Assembly: GCA_021295955.1 (NCBI GenBank)
Contig: JAGWBJ010000005.1
Location: 19,276 to 83,275, forward strand
From: Dehalococcoidia bacterium
GTDB taxonomy: Bacteria > Chloroflexota > Dehalococcoidia > Lucifugimonadales > JAGWBF01
Direction: 5' to 3'
DNA: 64,000 bases
Shown: piece by piece, positions 43,351 to 52,732 of the stretch
Layout: the number at the start of each line of letters is the position of its first letter
Position numbering within the stretch: position 1 is the stretch's first letter
Notes under the pieces: generated by a model
Database searches by the model: none
What the model saw: only the letters and a program-made list of their open reading frames with translations
Told to the model about the DNA's origin: nothing
Program-made: the position numbers and the translations under genes

Positions 43351-44366
43351 CCTACAGGTACAGCCACACCATAGGCCTCTTCTCCAACATGGGAGGGCTG
43401 GGGTTCTGCCATCCCGTGGACCTGGCCCTGGGACGCGACGGAGTGATATACGTGGTGAGCCGGGGCAACTTCGACACCGAGGTCCAGTGGCCGGGCAAGC
43501 GGGTCACCATGTGCACGCTGGACGAGGAGTACCTGGGGGAGATGAGCGGCGGCGGCACCGGAGACGGGCAGATAATGTGGCCCGCGGGCGTCGCCCTGGA
43601 CGGAGATGGGAACGTCTACGTCTCCGACGAGGCCCTGAACCGGGTATCGGTGTTCGCACCCGACGGGGACCTCCTCTGTAGCTGGGGGAACGAGGGTTCC
43701 GGCAAAGGAGACTTCAACCGGCCTGCCGGCATCGCCTTCGACGGGGAGGATAACCTGCTGGTGGCCGACGGCCTCAACTGCCGTATCCAGAGATACACCA
43801 AGGACGGACGCTACCTGGGCGGTTGGGGCAGGCCGGGGCGCGCCGACGGGGAGCTCAACGTGCCTTGGGGCGTCCATGTGGACCGGGCCGGCAATGTCTA
43901 CGTCGCCGATTGGCGCAACGACCGCGTCCAGAAGTTCGACGCCGATGGACGCCATCTGGATACCTGGGGAGGACCCGGCCAGGGCGACGGCGAGTTCTCC
44001 CGGCCCGCAGGGGTCACCGTCGACGAGGACGGCGACATATACGTCGCCGACTGGGGGAACGAGCGAGTCCAGGTGCTGGGCCCGGAGGGAGAGTTCCGGG
44101 CCGTCCTCTACGGCGAGTCCGGGCTCTCCAAGTGGGCCAAGGAGTGGTTCGCCGCCAACCAGGACGAGTACAGGGCGAGGCTGACCGCGGATATGGAGCC
44201 ACCCCCGGACCGGCTGTCTCCAGGCTCCGTCAGGCACCGGTCGGCCAGCACGGAAAAGCTGTTCTGGGGACCCACCTCGGTCAGGGTGGACGGCCAGGGT
44301 AGGGTCTACGTAGTGGACAGCATGCGACATCGAATCCAGATATACCAGAAGGGCGCTGCCACGTGA
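43344..44366 (+). CDS. NHL-repeat beta-propeller protein (partner of DUF1800 copy 2)
   Basis: The TTG start at 43344 overlaps the DUF1800 stop by 7 nt. 340 aa, colinear with 23672-24685. Confidence 0.85.
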   Translation: MLTYRYSHTIGLFSNMGGLGFCHPVDLALGRDGVIYVVSRGNFDTEVQWPGKRVTMCTLDEEYLGEMSGGGTGDGQIMWPAGVALDGDGNVYVSDEALNRVSVFAPDGDLLCSWGNEGSGKGDFNRPAGIAFDGEDNLLVADGLNCRIQRYTKDGRYLGGWGRPGRADGELNVPWGVHVDRAGNVYVADWRNDRVQKFDADGRHLDTWGGPGQGDGEFSRPAGVTVDEDGDIYVADWGNERVQVLGPEGEFRAVLYGESGLSKWAKEWFAANQDEYRARLTADMEPPPDRLSPGSVRHRSASTEKLFWGPTSVRVDGQGRVYVVDSMRHRIQIYQKGAAT

Positions 44367-44506
44367 CGTCCACGCCTGGCGGCGAATGTGGGTGATTCCG
44401 CAGCCCCCCCGCCGGTCGTCTGCGATCTCACGACCCATGATATCGGTGAGCAGTGGTGGAGGACTCGACCCCAAGATAGCCGGAAGCTCCGGAAAGGAAC
44501 GTGTCG

Positions 44507-46549
44507 ATGCGTAGCGTCGGCGTAGATATCGGGGGCACCTTCACCGACATAGTCCTCTTCAACCAGGAAACGGGCGACATCCAGGTGGCCAAGGTCCCGT
44601 CTACGCCGCGGAACCAGGCCGTGGGCTTTGCCGAAGGGGTCGAGGCGGTGGGCACGCGGTTCTCCCAGGTCCAGAGGGTCGTACACGGGACCACCGTAGC
44701 CACCAATGCGGCCATCGAACGCAGGGGAGCCAAGACGGCGTTGGTAACCACGGCCGGCTATGGGGACCTGCTGGAGATAGGCCGCGGGCAACGGCTCACC
44801 GGAGGCCTCTTCGACCCCAAGTTCGTCCGTACCCCTCCCCTGGTGCCGCGCCCTCTGCGGTTCGAGGTCGAGGAGCGCATGGACGCCACCGGAGACGTGT
44901 ACGCCCCCCTGGACGAGGACGGCGTCCGCCAGATCGGACGCCGCCTGGCAGAGCTGGAGGTCGACGCCGTCGCCATCTGCTCCCTGCACTCCTACGCCAA
45001 CGGCTCACACGAACGGCGTATCGGGGAGCTGCTGGCGGAGCACCTCCCCGGGGCCTTCCTGTGCCTGTCCTCGGAGGTCTTGGCGGAGTACCGGGAATAC
45101 GAGCGGTTCTCAACCACCGTGTTCAACGCCTATCTGGGCCCGTTGATGCGCCGCTATCTCAACGGCATGCAGGAGTGGCTCCACGACCGCGGCTACGGAG
45201 GCGACCTGCAGATAATGACCTCCAACGCGGGGATGGTGTCGGCGGAGGTGGCCGCGGAGTTCCCCGTACTCACCATCCTCTCGGGGCCGGCCGCAGGCGT
45301 GAGCGGGGCGGTGGCCGTGGCGGAGGCGGCGGGACTCGAGAACGTAATCACCTATGACATGGGAGGCACCAGCACGGACGTCTGCCTGCTGAAGGACCTC
45401 AGGCCCACGGCGTCTCCGGCCAGGGTGGTCGGAGGGCTGCCCCTGAAGACATCCCAGTTGGATATCAACAGCATAGGCGCCGGAGGCGGCAGCATCGGAT
45501 GGCTGGATACCGACGGGAGCTTCCGCGTGGGGCCCCGGAGCGCTGGGGCGGAGCCGGGGCCGGCCTGTTACGGGAGGGGCGGCCGGGAAGCGACTGTAGC
45601 CGACGCGAACCTGGTGCTCCAGCGCCTGGGCCGTTCTACTCTCCTGGGCAACCGCATGAGGATGCACCCGGACCTGGCCCTGGCGGCGATGGAGAGCCTG
45701 GCGGCGCAGCTTGGCGTCCCCGACGTTCACCACGCCGCCGACGGCGTCATAAAGGTGGCCGTGGCCAACATGGTCAGCGCCATCCGCACGATCTCCATAG
45801 AGATCGGCGAGGACCCCCGGGACTTCGCACTCATTCCCTTCGGAGGGGCGGGGCCGTTGCACGCCTGCCTGGTGGCCGAGGAAACAGGCATCTCGACGGT
45901 CGTGGTGCCCCCGCACCCGGGCAACCTTTCCGCGTTGGGCCTCCTCACCTCCGACCTGAAACACGAGTTGGTGCGCACCTATCTGACCATCCTGCACGAG
46001 GGCGACGTGGACCGGGTCCACGCCCTGCTGGACAGCATGGAGCAGGAGGGGCGCGACATGCTCTCCCGGGAAGGCATGCCCGAGGACCGGATGGCGTTCC
46101 TGTACTCCGCAGACATGCGGTACGTTGGCCAGGGGCACGAGCTCAACGTCTGGCTGACCAGGGAGGAGTTCGACGTCCAGGTCATGGCGCAGAGGTTCCA
46201 CGACGCCCACCTGGACAGGTTCACCTACTCCCGCAACGAGCTGCCCATCCAGCTCGTGAACCTGCGCGCGACGGCCACCGGCAGGGTGAGCAAACTGCGT
46301 GTGCATCCGCTGGACTCCAGCGACACCCCCGATCCCCGCACGGCATTGAAGGAGACCCGAGACGTCCACCTCTGCGGGCAATGGATGAGCACCCGCGTCT
46401 ACCAACGGGAGGGCCTCCTGGCGGGGATGGAGCTGGGGGCGCCGGCCATCGTGGAGGAGATGGGCTCCACCACCCTGATACCGCCCGGCTGGACGGGGCG
46501 CTTGGACTCTAACGGCAACATCCTGCTGGTGGCCGGAGGTGAGGCGTGA
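44507..46549 (+). CDS. hyuA: hydantoinase/oxoprolinase family protein, A subunit
   Basis: Starts MRSVGVDIGGTFTDIV. The ATG at 44507 lies 8 nt after AAGGA (the track start is the GTG at 44501). Colinear with the N-terminal half of 4284-8087. Confidence 0.9.
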   Translation: MRSVGVDIGGTFTDIVLFNQETGDIQVAKVPSTPRNQAVGFAEGVEAVGTRFSQVQRVVHGTTVATNAAIERRGAKTALVTTAGYGDLLEIGRGQRLTGGLFDPKFVRTPPLVPRPLRFEVEERMDATGDVYAPLDEDGVRQIGRRLAELEVDAVAICSLHSYANGSHERRIGELLAEHLPGAFLCLSSEVLAEYREYERFSTTVFNAYLGPLMRRYLNGMQEWLHDRGYGGDLQIMTSNAGMVSAEVAAEFPVLTILSGPAAGVSGAVAVAEAAGLENVITYDMGGTSTDVCLLKDLRPTASPARVVGGLPLKTSQLDINSIGAGGGSIGWLDTDGSFRVGPRSAGAEPGPACYGRGGREATVADANLVLQRLGRSTLLGNRMRMHPDLALAAMESLAAQLGVPDVHHAADGVIKVAVANMVSAIRTISIEIGEDPRDFALIPFGGAGPLHACLVAEETGISTVVVPPHPGNLSALGLLTSDLKHELVRTYLTILHEGDVDRVHALLDSMEQEGRDMLSREGMPEDRMAFLYSADMRYVGQGHELNVWLTREEFDVQVMAQRFHDAHLDRFTYSRNELPIQLVNLRATATGRVSKLRVHPLDSSDTPDPRTALKETRDVHLCGQWMSTRVYQREGLLAGMELGAPAIVEEMGSTTLIPPGWTGRLDSNGNILLVAGGEA

Positions 46550-48570
46550 AAGGGGTCGATCCCATCACCGTCGAGGTGGTCCGCAACGCCTTCATCACCC
46601 TCATCCAGGAGATGCGTGCAAGCATCGGACGCGCCGCCTTTTCTCCCATAATCTACGAGTCCCACGACTTCTCCTGCGCCCTGCTGAACGCCCGGGGGGA
46701 GATAACGGCCATCTCCGACGACCTGCCGGCCCACATCCTGCCCACGGCCCTGGGCGTGACGGCCGCCCAGGAGAAGTTCGGAGACGACATCCACCCCGGG
46801 GATGTCATAATGATGAACGACCCCTACGTCCTGGGGTCCCACATGAACGACACAGCGACCCTGCATCCCTACTTCCTGGGAGACCGCCTCATGGCCTGGG
46901 TCGCAGTGCGCGTGCACTACCTGGACGTCGGCGGCATGACCCCCGGCAGCATCGCCATCCAGGCCACGGAGGTTCACCAGGAGGGCACGCGCATACCCCC
47001 CATCAAGCTGTACGACCGCGGGGAGCCCAACCGGGCGGCCATGGACCTGCTTCTGGCCAACGTGCGCCAGCATCGCGAGTTCGAGGGCGACCTGATGGCG
47101 GTGGTCGGAGCGGCCAACCTCGCCCACACGCGCCTGGCAGAGACCTACGACAAGTATAGCCCCGAGGTGGTGGAAAGGTGCTCCGAGCTCATCCTGGACC
47201 GGGGGGAGAGGCGGATGCGGGAGGCGATTTCTCGCGCCAAGCCCGGCGAGTACAGCCACGAGCCCTACATGGAGTCGCCCCAGGACCGCGAGCCGTTGCT
47301 CATCCGAGTGCGCCTCTCCGGCCGCGGGGACAACATCGTGGTGGACTTCTCCGAGTCCGCTCCCCAAACCTCCGGGGCCATCAATGGCGGGCTCGCCTCG
47401 GCGCGCAGCGGCGCTTTCGTGGCCATCAAGGCGGCCCTGGACCCCCACTCTCCGGTCAACGCGGGAGCGTTCAGGCCCATCACCGTCATCACGAGGCCCG
47501 GCTCGATGCTCCAGGCCGAGTACCCCGCCGCCTGCTGCGGCGCCATGAACGTGATCAACGCGACCACCGAGGCGGTGATGAAGAACCTGGCGTCTCCCTA
47601 CGCCGACGGTGTGATCGCCGGAGCGGTCCCCATCTACGCCATGCTCGTGCTGGCCGGATGGGATGACCAGCGGGGCAGGTCGTTCATCCACTTCGAGAGC
47701 AATATCGGGGGCACGGGAGCGGTCAAGGAGCACGATGGAAACAACGTAGTGGCGGGGTACGAGCGCAGCGATTTCCCGAGAATCTTCCCCGCCGAGGTCG
47801 CCGAGACCCAGTACCCCCTGAGACTGGAGACGACCGAGCTGGTCCCCGACAGCGGGGGCCCCGGCCAGCGGCGGGGCGGCCTGGGACTGCGCCGCGTCAT
47901 TCGCATAATGTGCGAGAGGGCGGTGCTCACGACCAACCTGGAGCCGTCGGTGTACCCCTCCACCGGCCTGTTCGGAGGAGCGGGCGCGGGGACGGTGTAC
48001 CAGGTTAACGTGACGCGAAACGGCCGGCGCCTGGACCTGCGGTCGGTGAACGGCAAGACCGTCGGTTTCCCCTTGGAACGGGGCGACCTGGTGGAGCAGA
48101 TCACCACCACGGGCGCGGGGTACGGCGACCCGCTGACCCGAGAAGTGGACCTGGTGCTCCACGACCTTTCCAACGGCTACATCACCGAGGACCACGCCCG
48201 GTCGGCCTACGGAGTGGTGATCCGGGACGGGTCCGTGGACCTGGAGGCCACCGACTTGCTAAGGGCCGATCTGGCCGGCCGCCGCAGGTATCTGAGGGGA
48301 AGGGACGACGAGGAAGGGGACTTCGCCTTCGGCCGGCGAGTGGCCAGGATGAAGAAAGAGCTTGCCGACGACCTGGACCTGCGGCAGGGAGACGTGGTGG
48401 AGCTGGTCACAACCAACGCGGCTGCTCTCCGGGCGTGGGTGGACATCGACGATGGGGCTCCCGCCGACTCGGTCCCCATGGGTCCCGCGGAGGGGCGGGA
48501 CCCAAGTGAGGCCCCCGAAGAGATGGTATGGGTGAGACCCCTGGCAGCAAGGGAATTCCCGGCGGAGTGA
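46546..48570 (+). CDS. hyuB: hydantoinase B/oxoprolinase family protein, B subunit, with a C-terminal extension
   Basis: The GTG start overlaps the hyuA stop (GTGA). DPITVEVVRNAFITLIQEM is the typical HyuB N-terminus. About 90 extra C-terminal residues. Confidence 0.9.
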   Translation: MKGVDPITVEVVRNAFITLIQEMRASIGRAAFSPIIYESHDFSCALLNARGEITAISDDLPAHILPTALGVTAAQEKFGDDIHPGDVIMMNDPYVLGSHMNDTATLHPYFLGDRLMAWVAVRVHYLDVGGMTPGSIAIQATEVHQEGTRIPPIKLYDRGEPNRAAMDLLLANVRQHREFEGDLMAVVGAANLAHTRLAETYDKYSPEVVERCSELILDRGERRMREAISRAKPGEYSHEPYMESPQDREPLLIRVRLSGRGDNIVVDFSESAPQTSGAINGGLASARSGAFVAIKAALDPHSPVNAGAFRPITVITRPGSMLQAEYPAACCGAMNVINATTEAVMKNLASPYADGVIAGAVPIYAMLVLAGWDDQRGRSFIHFESNIGGTGAVKEHDGNNVVAGYERSDFPRIFPAEVAETQYPLRLETTELVPDSGGPGQRRGGLGLRRVIRIMCERAVLTTNLEPSVYPSTGLFGGAGAGTVYQVNVTRNGRRLDLRSVNGKTVGFPLERGDLVEQITTTGAGYGDPLTREVDLVLHDLSNGYITEDHARSAYGVVIRDGSVDLEATDLLRADLAGRRRYLRGRDDEEGDFAFGRRVARMKKELADDLDLRQGDVVELVTTNAAALRAWVDIDDGAPADSVPMGPAEGRDPSEAPEEMVWVRPLAAREFPAE

Positions 48571-48590
48571 ATACGAGCGGGGGGCGAGTG

Positions 48591-49331
48591 ATGGTGGAAG
48601 AGCATAGGGAAAGGGAGGACGCCGTAGAGCCGCCGGCTTACACCACCATGATCCGTGACCTGCCCCAGGGCGAGCGGCCCCGGGAACGCCTGCGGGACTA
48701 CGGCGCGGCGGCGTTGAGCAACGCCGAGCTGATCGCCATACTCCTGCGCACCGGCTTGGTGGGAGAGAGCGTCTTGAACATGGCGACCCGGCTGCTCTCC
48801 AAGAAAGAGGGCCTGGACGGACTGGGGGGCCTGGGTCGGGCCACCTTCGCCGAGATATGCTCCATCAGGGGAATCAGCGAGGCCAAGGCATGCCAGCTCC
48901 TGGCGGCCCTGGAGCTGGGGCGGCGGCTGGTCTCCCTGCACCCCGAGGACCGCCCCGTCATAAACAGTCCCGAGGACGTGAACAACCTGGTTGGCGCCGA
49001 GATGTCCCTGCTGGACCAGGAGCACCTGAAAGTCCTGCGTCTCGACACCAAGAGTCGCGTGAACGGGGTCAACGACATATACATCGGGAACGTCAACGCG
49101 TCCATCGTCAGGCCGGCGGAGGTGCTGCGTCCCGCCGTTCGGGACAACTCGCCTCGCATCATCGTGGTCCACAACCACCCGTCCAGGGACCCCACGCCCA
49201 GCCCCGAGGACGTGGCCATCACCCGACAGATCAGGGAGTCGGGAGAGCTGCTGGGAATCGAGGTGCTGGACCACATCATCCTGGCAGGAGGGCGCTACGT
49301 CAGCTTGAAAGAGTGCTCCCTGGGGTTCTGA
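48591..49331 (+). CDS. radC: RadC-family JAB/MPN domain protein
   Basis: Contains ERPRERLRDYGAAALSNAELIAILLRTG and HNHPSRDPTPSPEDV (JAMM-like motif). Confidence 0.88.
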   Translation: MVEEHREREDAVEPPAYTTMIRDLPQGERPRERLRDYGAAALSNAELIAILLRTGLVGESVLNMATRLLSKKEGLDGLGGLGRATFAEICSIRGISEAKACQLLAALELGRRLVSLHPEDRPVINSPEDVNNLVGAEMSLLDQEHLKVLRLDTKSRVNGVNDIYIGNVNASIVRPAEVLRPAVRDNSPRIIVVHNHPSRDPTPSPEDVAITRQIRESGELLGIEVLDHIILAGGRYVSLKECSLGF

Positions 49332-49346
49332 CTCCCATCCCTCGCC

Positions 49347-50174
49347 ATGCCTACGCTGTACGTGGTGGCCACCCCCATAGGCAACCTGGAGGACGTGACG
49401 CTACGCGCCCTGCGGACCCTGAGTGAGGTGGCTCTCATCGCCGCCGAGGACACCAGGACCACGCGCAAGCTGCTGTCCCGCCACGGCATCAAGACCCCCA
49501 TGGTCAGCTACAACGAACACAACCGCACGTCGAGGATACCGGAGCTCCTGTCCGCGCTGGATACCGGAGACGTTGCGTTGGTCTCCGATGCCGGCACGCC
49601 CGCCGTAAGCGATCCCGGATGTGAGCTCGTCGGCGCCGTCATGGACTCGGGCGGAAGGGTCGTCCCGGTGCCCGGTCCCTCGGCCCTGACGGTGTGCATG
49701 GCCGTCGGATTGCAGGGGAAGGACGGAGTCCTCTTCCTGGGATTCCTACCGAGACGCAAGGGGGACAGGCGGCGCCTGCTGGACTCGGTGGCGGCCCTTC
49801 CTTACTCCCTCGTGGTGTTCGAGGCCCCCCATCGCTTGAGAGCGGCCCTCCAAGCGGTGGTGGAAGCCCTTGGAGACCGGCGGATCACGGCGTGCCGGGA
49901 GCTCACCAAGGTCCACGAAGAGGTCTTCAGGGGCACCGTCTCCGAGGCGCTGGAACACTTCGACCGGCCCCGCGGCGAGTTCACCATCATGATCGAGGGC
50001 GCGCGGACGCCGGAGGCCGGTCCGGACGACTCCTGGGCCTCCGCCGAGCTGGGCCGGTTGAAGGCAGAGGGGGCAAGGGCCAGGGACGCAGTGGATGCCG
50101 TGGCCGCCGCAACGGGCAGACGCAAGACGGAGCTGTACAAGCTGTGGCTAGACACGCCCCGCGGGTCGCGCTGA
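49347..50174 (+). CDS. rsmI: 16S rRNA (cytidine1402-2'-O)-methyltransferase
   Basis: LYVVATPIGNLEDVTLRALRTLSEVALIAAEDTR is the canonical RsmI N-terminus. Confidence 0.92.
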   Translation: MPTLYVVATPIGNLEDVTLRALRTLSEVALIAAEDTRTTRKLLSRHGIKTPMVSYNEHNRTSRIPELLSALDTGDVALVSDAGTPAVSDPGCELVGAVMDSGGRVVPVPGPSALTVCMAVGLQGKDGVLFLGFLPRRKGDRRRLLDSVAALPYSLVVFEAPHRLRAALQAVVEALGDRRITACRELTKVHEEVFRGTVSEALEHFDRPRGEFTIMIEGARTPEAGPDDSWASAELGRLKAEGARARDAVDAVAAATGRRKTELYKLWLDTPRGSR

Positions 50175-50231
50175 TCTGCCCAAGCCCGAACAGTCCACTG
50201 TGACAGCATCGTAGACCGTGAACGCGGCGCC

Positions 50232-50261
50232 TTGACAGTTTCGAAGCATGGGACGTACTCT
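50232..50261 (+). promoter_or_regulatory. candidate sigma-70-type promoter
   Basis: TTGACA (50232-50237), an 18-nt spacer, TACTCT (50256-50261), about 100 nt before the ATG at 50363. Confidence 0.4.
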
Positions 50262-50362
50262 ACCGTTAGGCCCAATGGGGCCAAGGTCCCGGAACGGTAT
50301 TCGATGTTCACCGTCGAGCGGGCCCTCGTTTCTCGAGGCGTCGGCGTCACGGGAGGGCAATC

Positions 50363-51022
50363 ATGGAGATGACCGAGGAGCGGTTCCTGAAGGGGATGAC
50401 CCCCACGGAGCACGTCGGCCGCATGAAGGTCAACCGGGGCCGTTTCGTCGAGGTGATGTCGGCGGTGGAGATACCACAGGAGGACCGGGAGTACTTCGCG
50501 GACCTCACCTCTCCGCTCAGGGTGGCGGTGGTGACCGAGGACTGGTGCGGGGACCACGTGAGCACGGTGCCGGTGCTCTATCGCCTTGCGGTGGAGTCGG
50601 GCAAGCTGGACGTGCGCGTGTTCATGCGGGACGAGAGCTGGGACCTGGCCGATGCCTTTCTGCCCCCGCATCGCCGGGACACAGTTCCGGTGTTCGCCTT
50701 CTTCACAGGGGGCGACATGCGGTGGATCGCCGTCTTCATCGAGACATCCAGGGGCTTGGTGCCCGTTCTGGACGGGATGGACGACGCCATCCGCGACTCC
50801 CTGGCCCATCTCCCGGACATCCGGGCCGACGTGAACGACATGAGCCAGGAGACCCGGACCGCGCTGCGAAGGGAGCGCGGACTGTACCGGGTGAACCACG
50901 CCGCGGAGTGGGGGCGCGTCATATCCGGCGATTTCAGGGACGTCGTGGCCGACGGCCTCTCCCGCGGACCCAACAGCCCTCCCGCCGAGGCGGGCACCGA
51001 GTGGCCCGTTCCCGTAGCTTAG
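50363..51022 (+). CDS. thioredoxin-fold family protein
   Basis: 219 aa. VAVVTEDWCGDHVSTVPVL, with a single-Cys WCGD in a thioredoxin-like context. GGGAGGG precedes the ATG. Confidence 0.6.
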   Translation: MEMTEERFLKGMTPTEHVGRMKVNRGRFVEVMSAVEIPQEDREYFADLTSPLRVAVVTEDWCGDHVSTVPVLYRLAVESGKLDVRVFMRDESWDLADAFLPPHRRDTVPVFAFFTGGDMRWIAVFIETSRGLVPVLDGMDDAIRDSLAHLPDIRADVNDMSQETRTALRRERGLYRVNHAAEWGRVISGDFRDVVADGLSRGPNSPPAEAGTEWPVPVA

Positions 51023-51026
51023 ACAC

Positions 51027-52709
51027 ATGCCCGATCGCATTCTCGTAGCCGTCGCCTGGCCGTACGCCAACGGTTCCCTACACTTGGGACACCTCGCCGG
51101 CTGTTATCTGCCCGCGGACATCTTCGCCCGCTATCACCGTCTCAAGGGCGACGACGTGCTGATGGTGTCGGGCAGCGACCAGCACGGCACGCCCGTGACC
51201 ATCCGGGCGGAGCAGGAGGGGACCAGCCCGCAAGAGGTCGTCTCCAAGTATCACGCCGAGTTCCTGGACTCCTGGGAACGGATGGGAATCAGCTTCGACC
51301 TGTTTACGACCACCGGCACAGAGAACCACCGCAAGGTCGTCCACGACCTGTTCCTCAGCCTGTACCACAAGGGGAACATCTACAAGGACACCATGCTGCT
51401 GCCCCACTGCGCCAGGTGCACCCGGTTCCTCCCGGACCGGTACGTGGAGGGCGTGTGCCCCCACTGCGACAATCCCAACGCACGGGGCGATCAGTGCGAC
51501 AACTGCGGCAAGACGTTGAACCCGGAGGACCTGGTCGCGCCCAGGTGCGGCATATGCGGCTCCGCCCCCGAGTTTCGAGACTCGGAGCACTTCTTCCTGC
51601 GCCTCAGCGCCTTTCAGGAGCCGCTCATCGAATGGGTGCGGCAACAGGACCACTGGCGGTCCAACGTACTCAACTTCACCCGCAGCTATCTCCACGACGG
51701 ATTGAAGGACCGGGCCATAACCCGCGACATCTCGTGGGGAGTCCCGGTGCCCCTGGACGGTTACGACGACAAACGCATCTACGTGTGGTTCGAGGCGGTC
51801 ACCGGGTACCTGTCGGCGTCCGCCGAGTGGGCCCAGCGGCAAGGACGGCCCGAGGGTTGGCAGGAATACTGGCAGGCCCCCGACGCCAAGGCCTACTACT
51901 TCATCGGCAAGGACAACATACCCTTCCACTCCATCATCTGGCCCGCCATGCTCATCGGCCGCGGGGGCCTGAATCTCCCCTACGACGTTCCCGCCAACGA
52001 GTTCCTCAGCCTCGAGAACCGGCAGTTCTCCACCAGCCGCCAGTGGGCCGTCTGGCTGCCCGACTATCTGGACAGGTACGAACCGGACCCGCTGCGCTAC
52101 TACCTGTCCATAAACATGCCCGAGTCCGGCGACTCGGACTTCTCATGGTCGGAGTACGTCCGCCGCAACAACGACGAGCTGGTCGCCACCTACGGCAACC
52201 TGGTAAACCGCGTCCTCACGTTCACATACCGGAACTTCGGCGGGGCCGTACCCGCTCCTTCCGAGCTGGACGCGGAGAGCGCGGCGCTCCTGTCCCGGGC
52301 ATCGGAAACGCTGGAGTCGGTGGGCGGAAGCCTGGAAAGGTGCCGGTTCAGATTGGCCATCGGCCAGGCCATGGGCCTTGCCCAGGACGCCAACCGGTAC
52401 CTGAACGACAAGGCGCCGTGGAAGACCCTGAAGGAAGACCGCGACTCCACGGCCACCGTCCTGTGGGTGGCGCTGAGCGTGATCGGCTGCCTGAAGACCA
52501 TCCTTTCCCCGTTTCTGCCCTTCTCGTCGGCGCGACTTCATGAGATGATGGGGTTCTCCGGAGATGTGAGAGACGGGGGATGGTCTTGGTCGGCGACCAC
52601 GGACTTCCTTCCCCCGGGGCAGCAGCTAGGCAAGCCCGAGCCCCTCTACGTCAAGCTGGACGAAGCCGTTGTGGAGCGGGAGACGGCGCGGTTGGGAGCC
52701 GAGGCGTAG
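51027..52709 (+). CDS. metG: methionine--tRNA ligase
   Basis: Contains AWPYANGSLHLGHLAG (HIGH motif) and the zinc knuckles CPHCDNP...CDNCG. 560 aa. Confidence 0.95.
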   Translation: MPDRILVAVAWPYANGSLHLGHLAGCYLPADIFARYHRLKGDDVLMVSGSDQHGTPVTIRAEQEGTSPQEVVSKYHAEFLDSWERMGISFDLFTTTGTENHRKVVHDLFLSLYHKGNIYKDTMLLPHCARCTRFLPDRYVEGVCPHCDNPNARGDQCDNCGKTLNPEDLVAPRCGICGSAPEFRDSEHFFLRLSAFQEPLIEWVRQQDHWRSNVLNFTRSYLHDGLKDRAITRDISWGVPVPLDGYDDKRIYVWFEAVTGYLSASAEWAQRQGRPEGWQEYWQAPDAKAYYFIGKDNIPFHSIIWPAMLIGRGGLNLPYDVPANEFLSLENRQFSTSRQWAVWLPDYLDRYEPDPLRYYLSINMPESGDSDFSWSEYVRRNNDELVATYGNLVNRVLTFTYRNFGGAVPAPSELDAESAALLSRASETLESVGGSLERCRFRLAIGQAMGLAQDANRYLNDKAPWKTLKEDRDSTATVLWVALSVIGCLKTILSPFLPFSSARLHEMMGFSGDVRDGGWSWSATTDFLPPGQQLGKPEPLYVKLDEAVVERETARLGAEA

Positions 52710-52732
52710 ACCATGCGGGTAGGAACGTAGTC

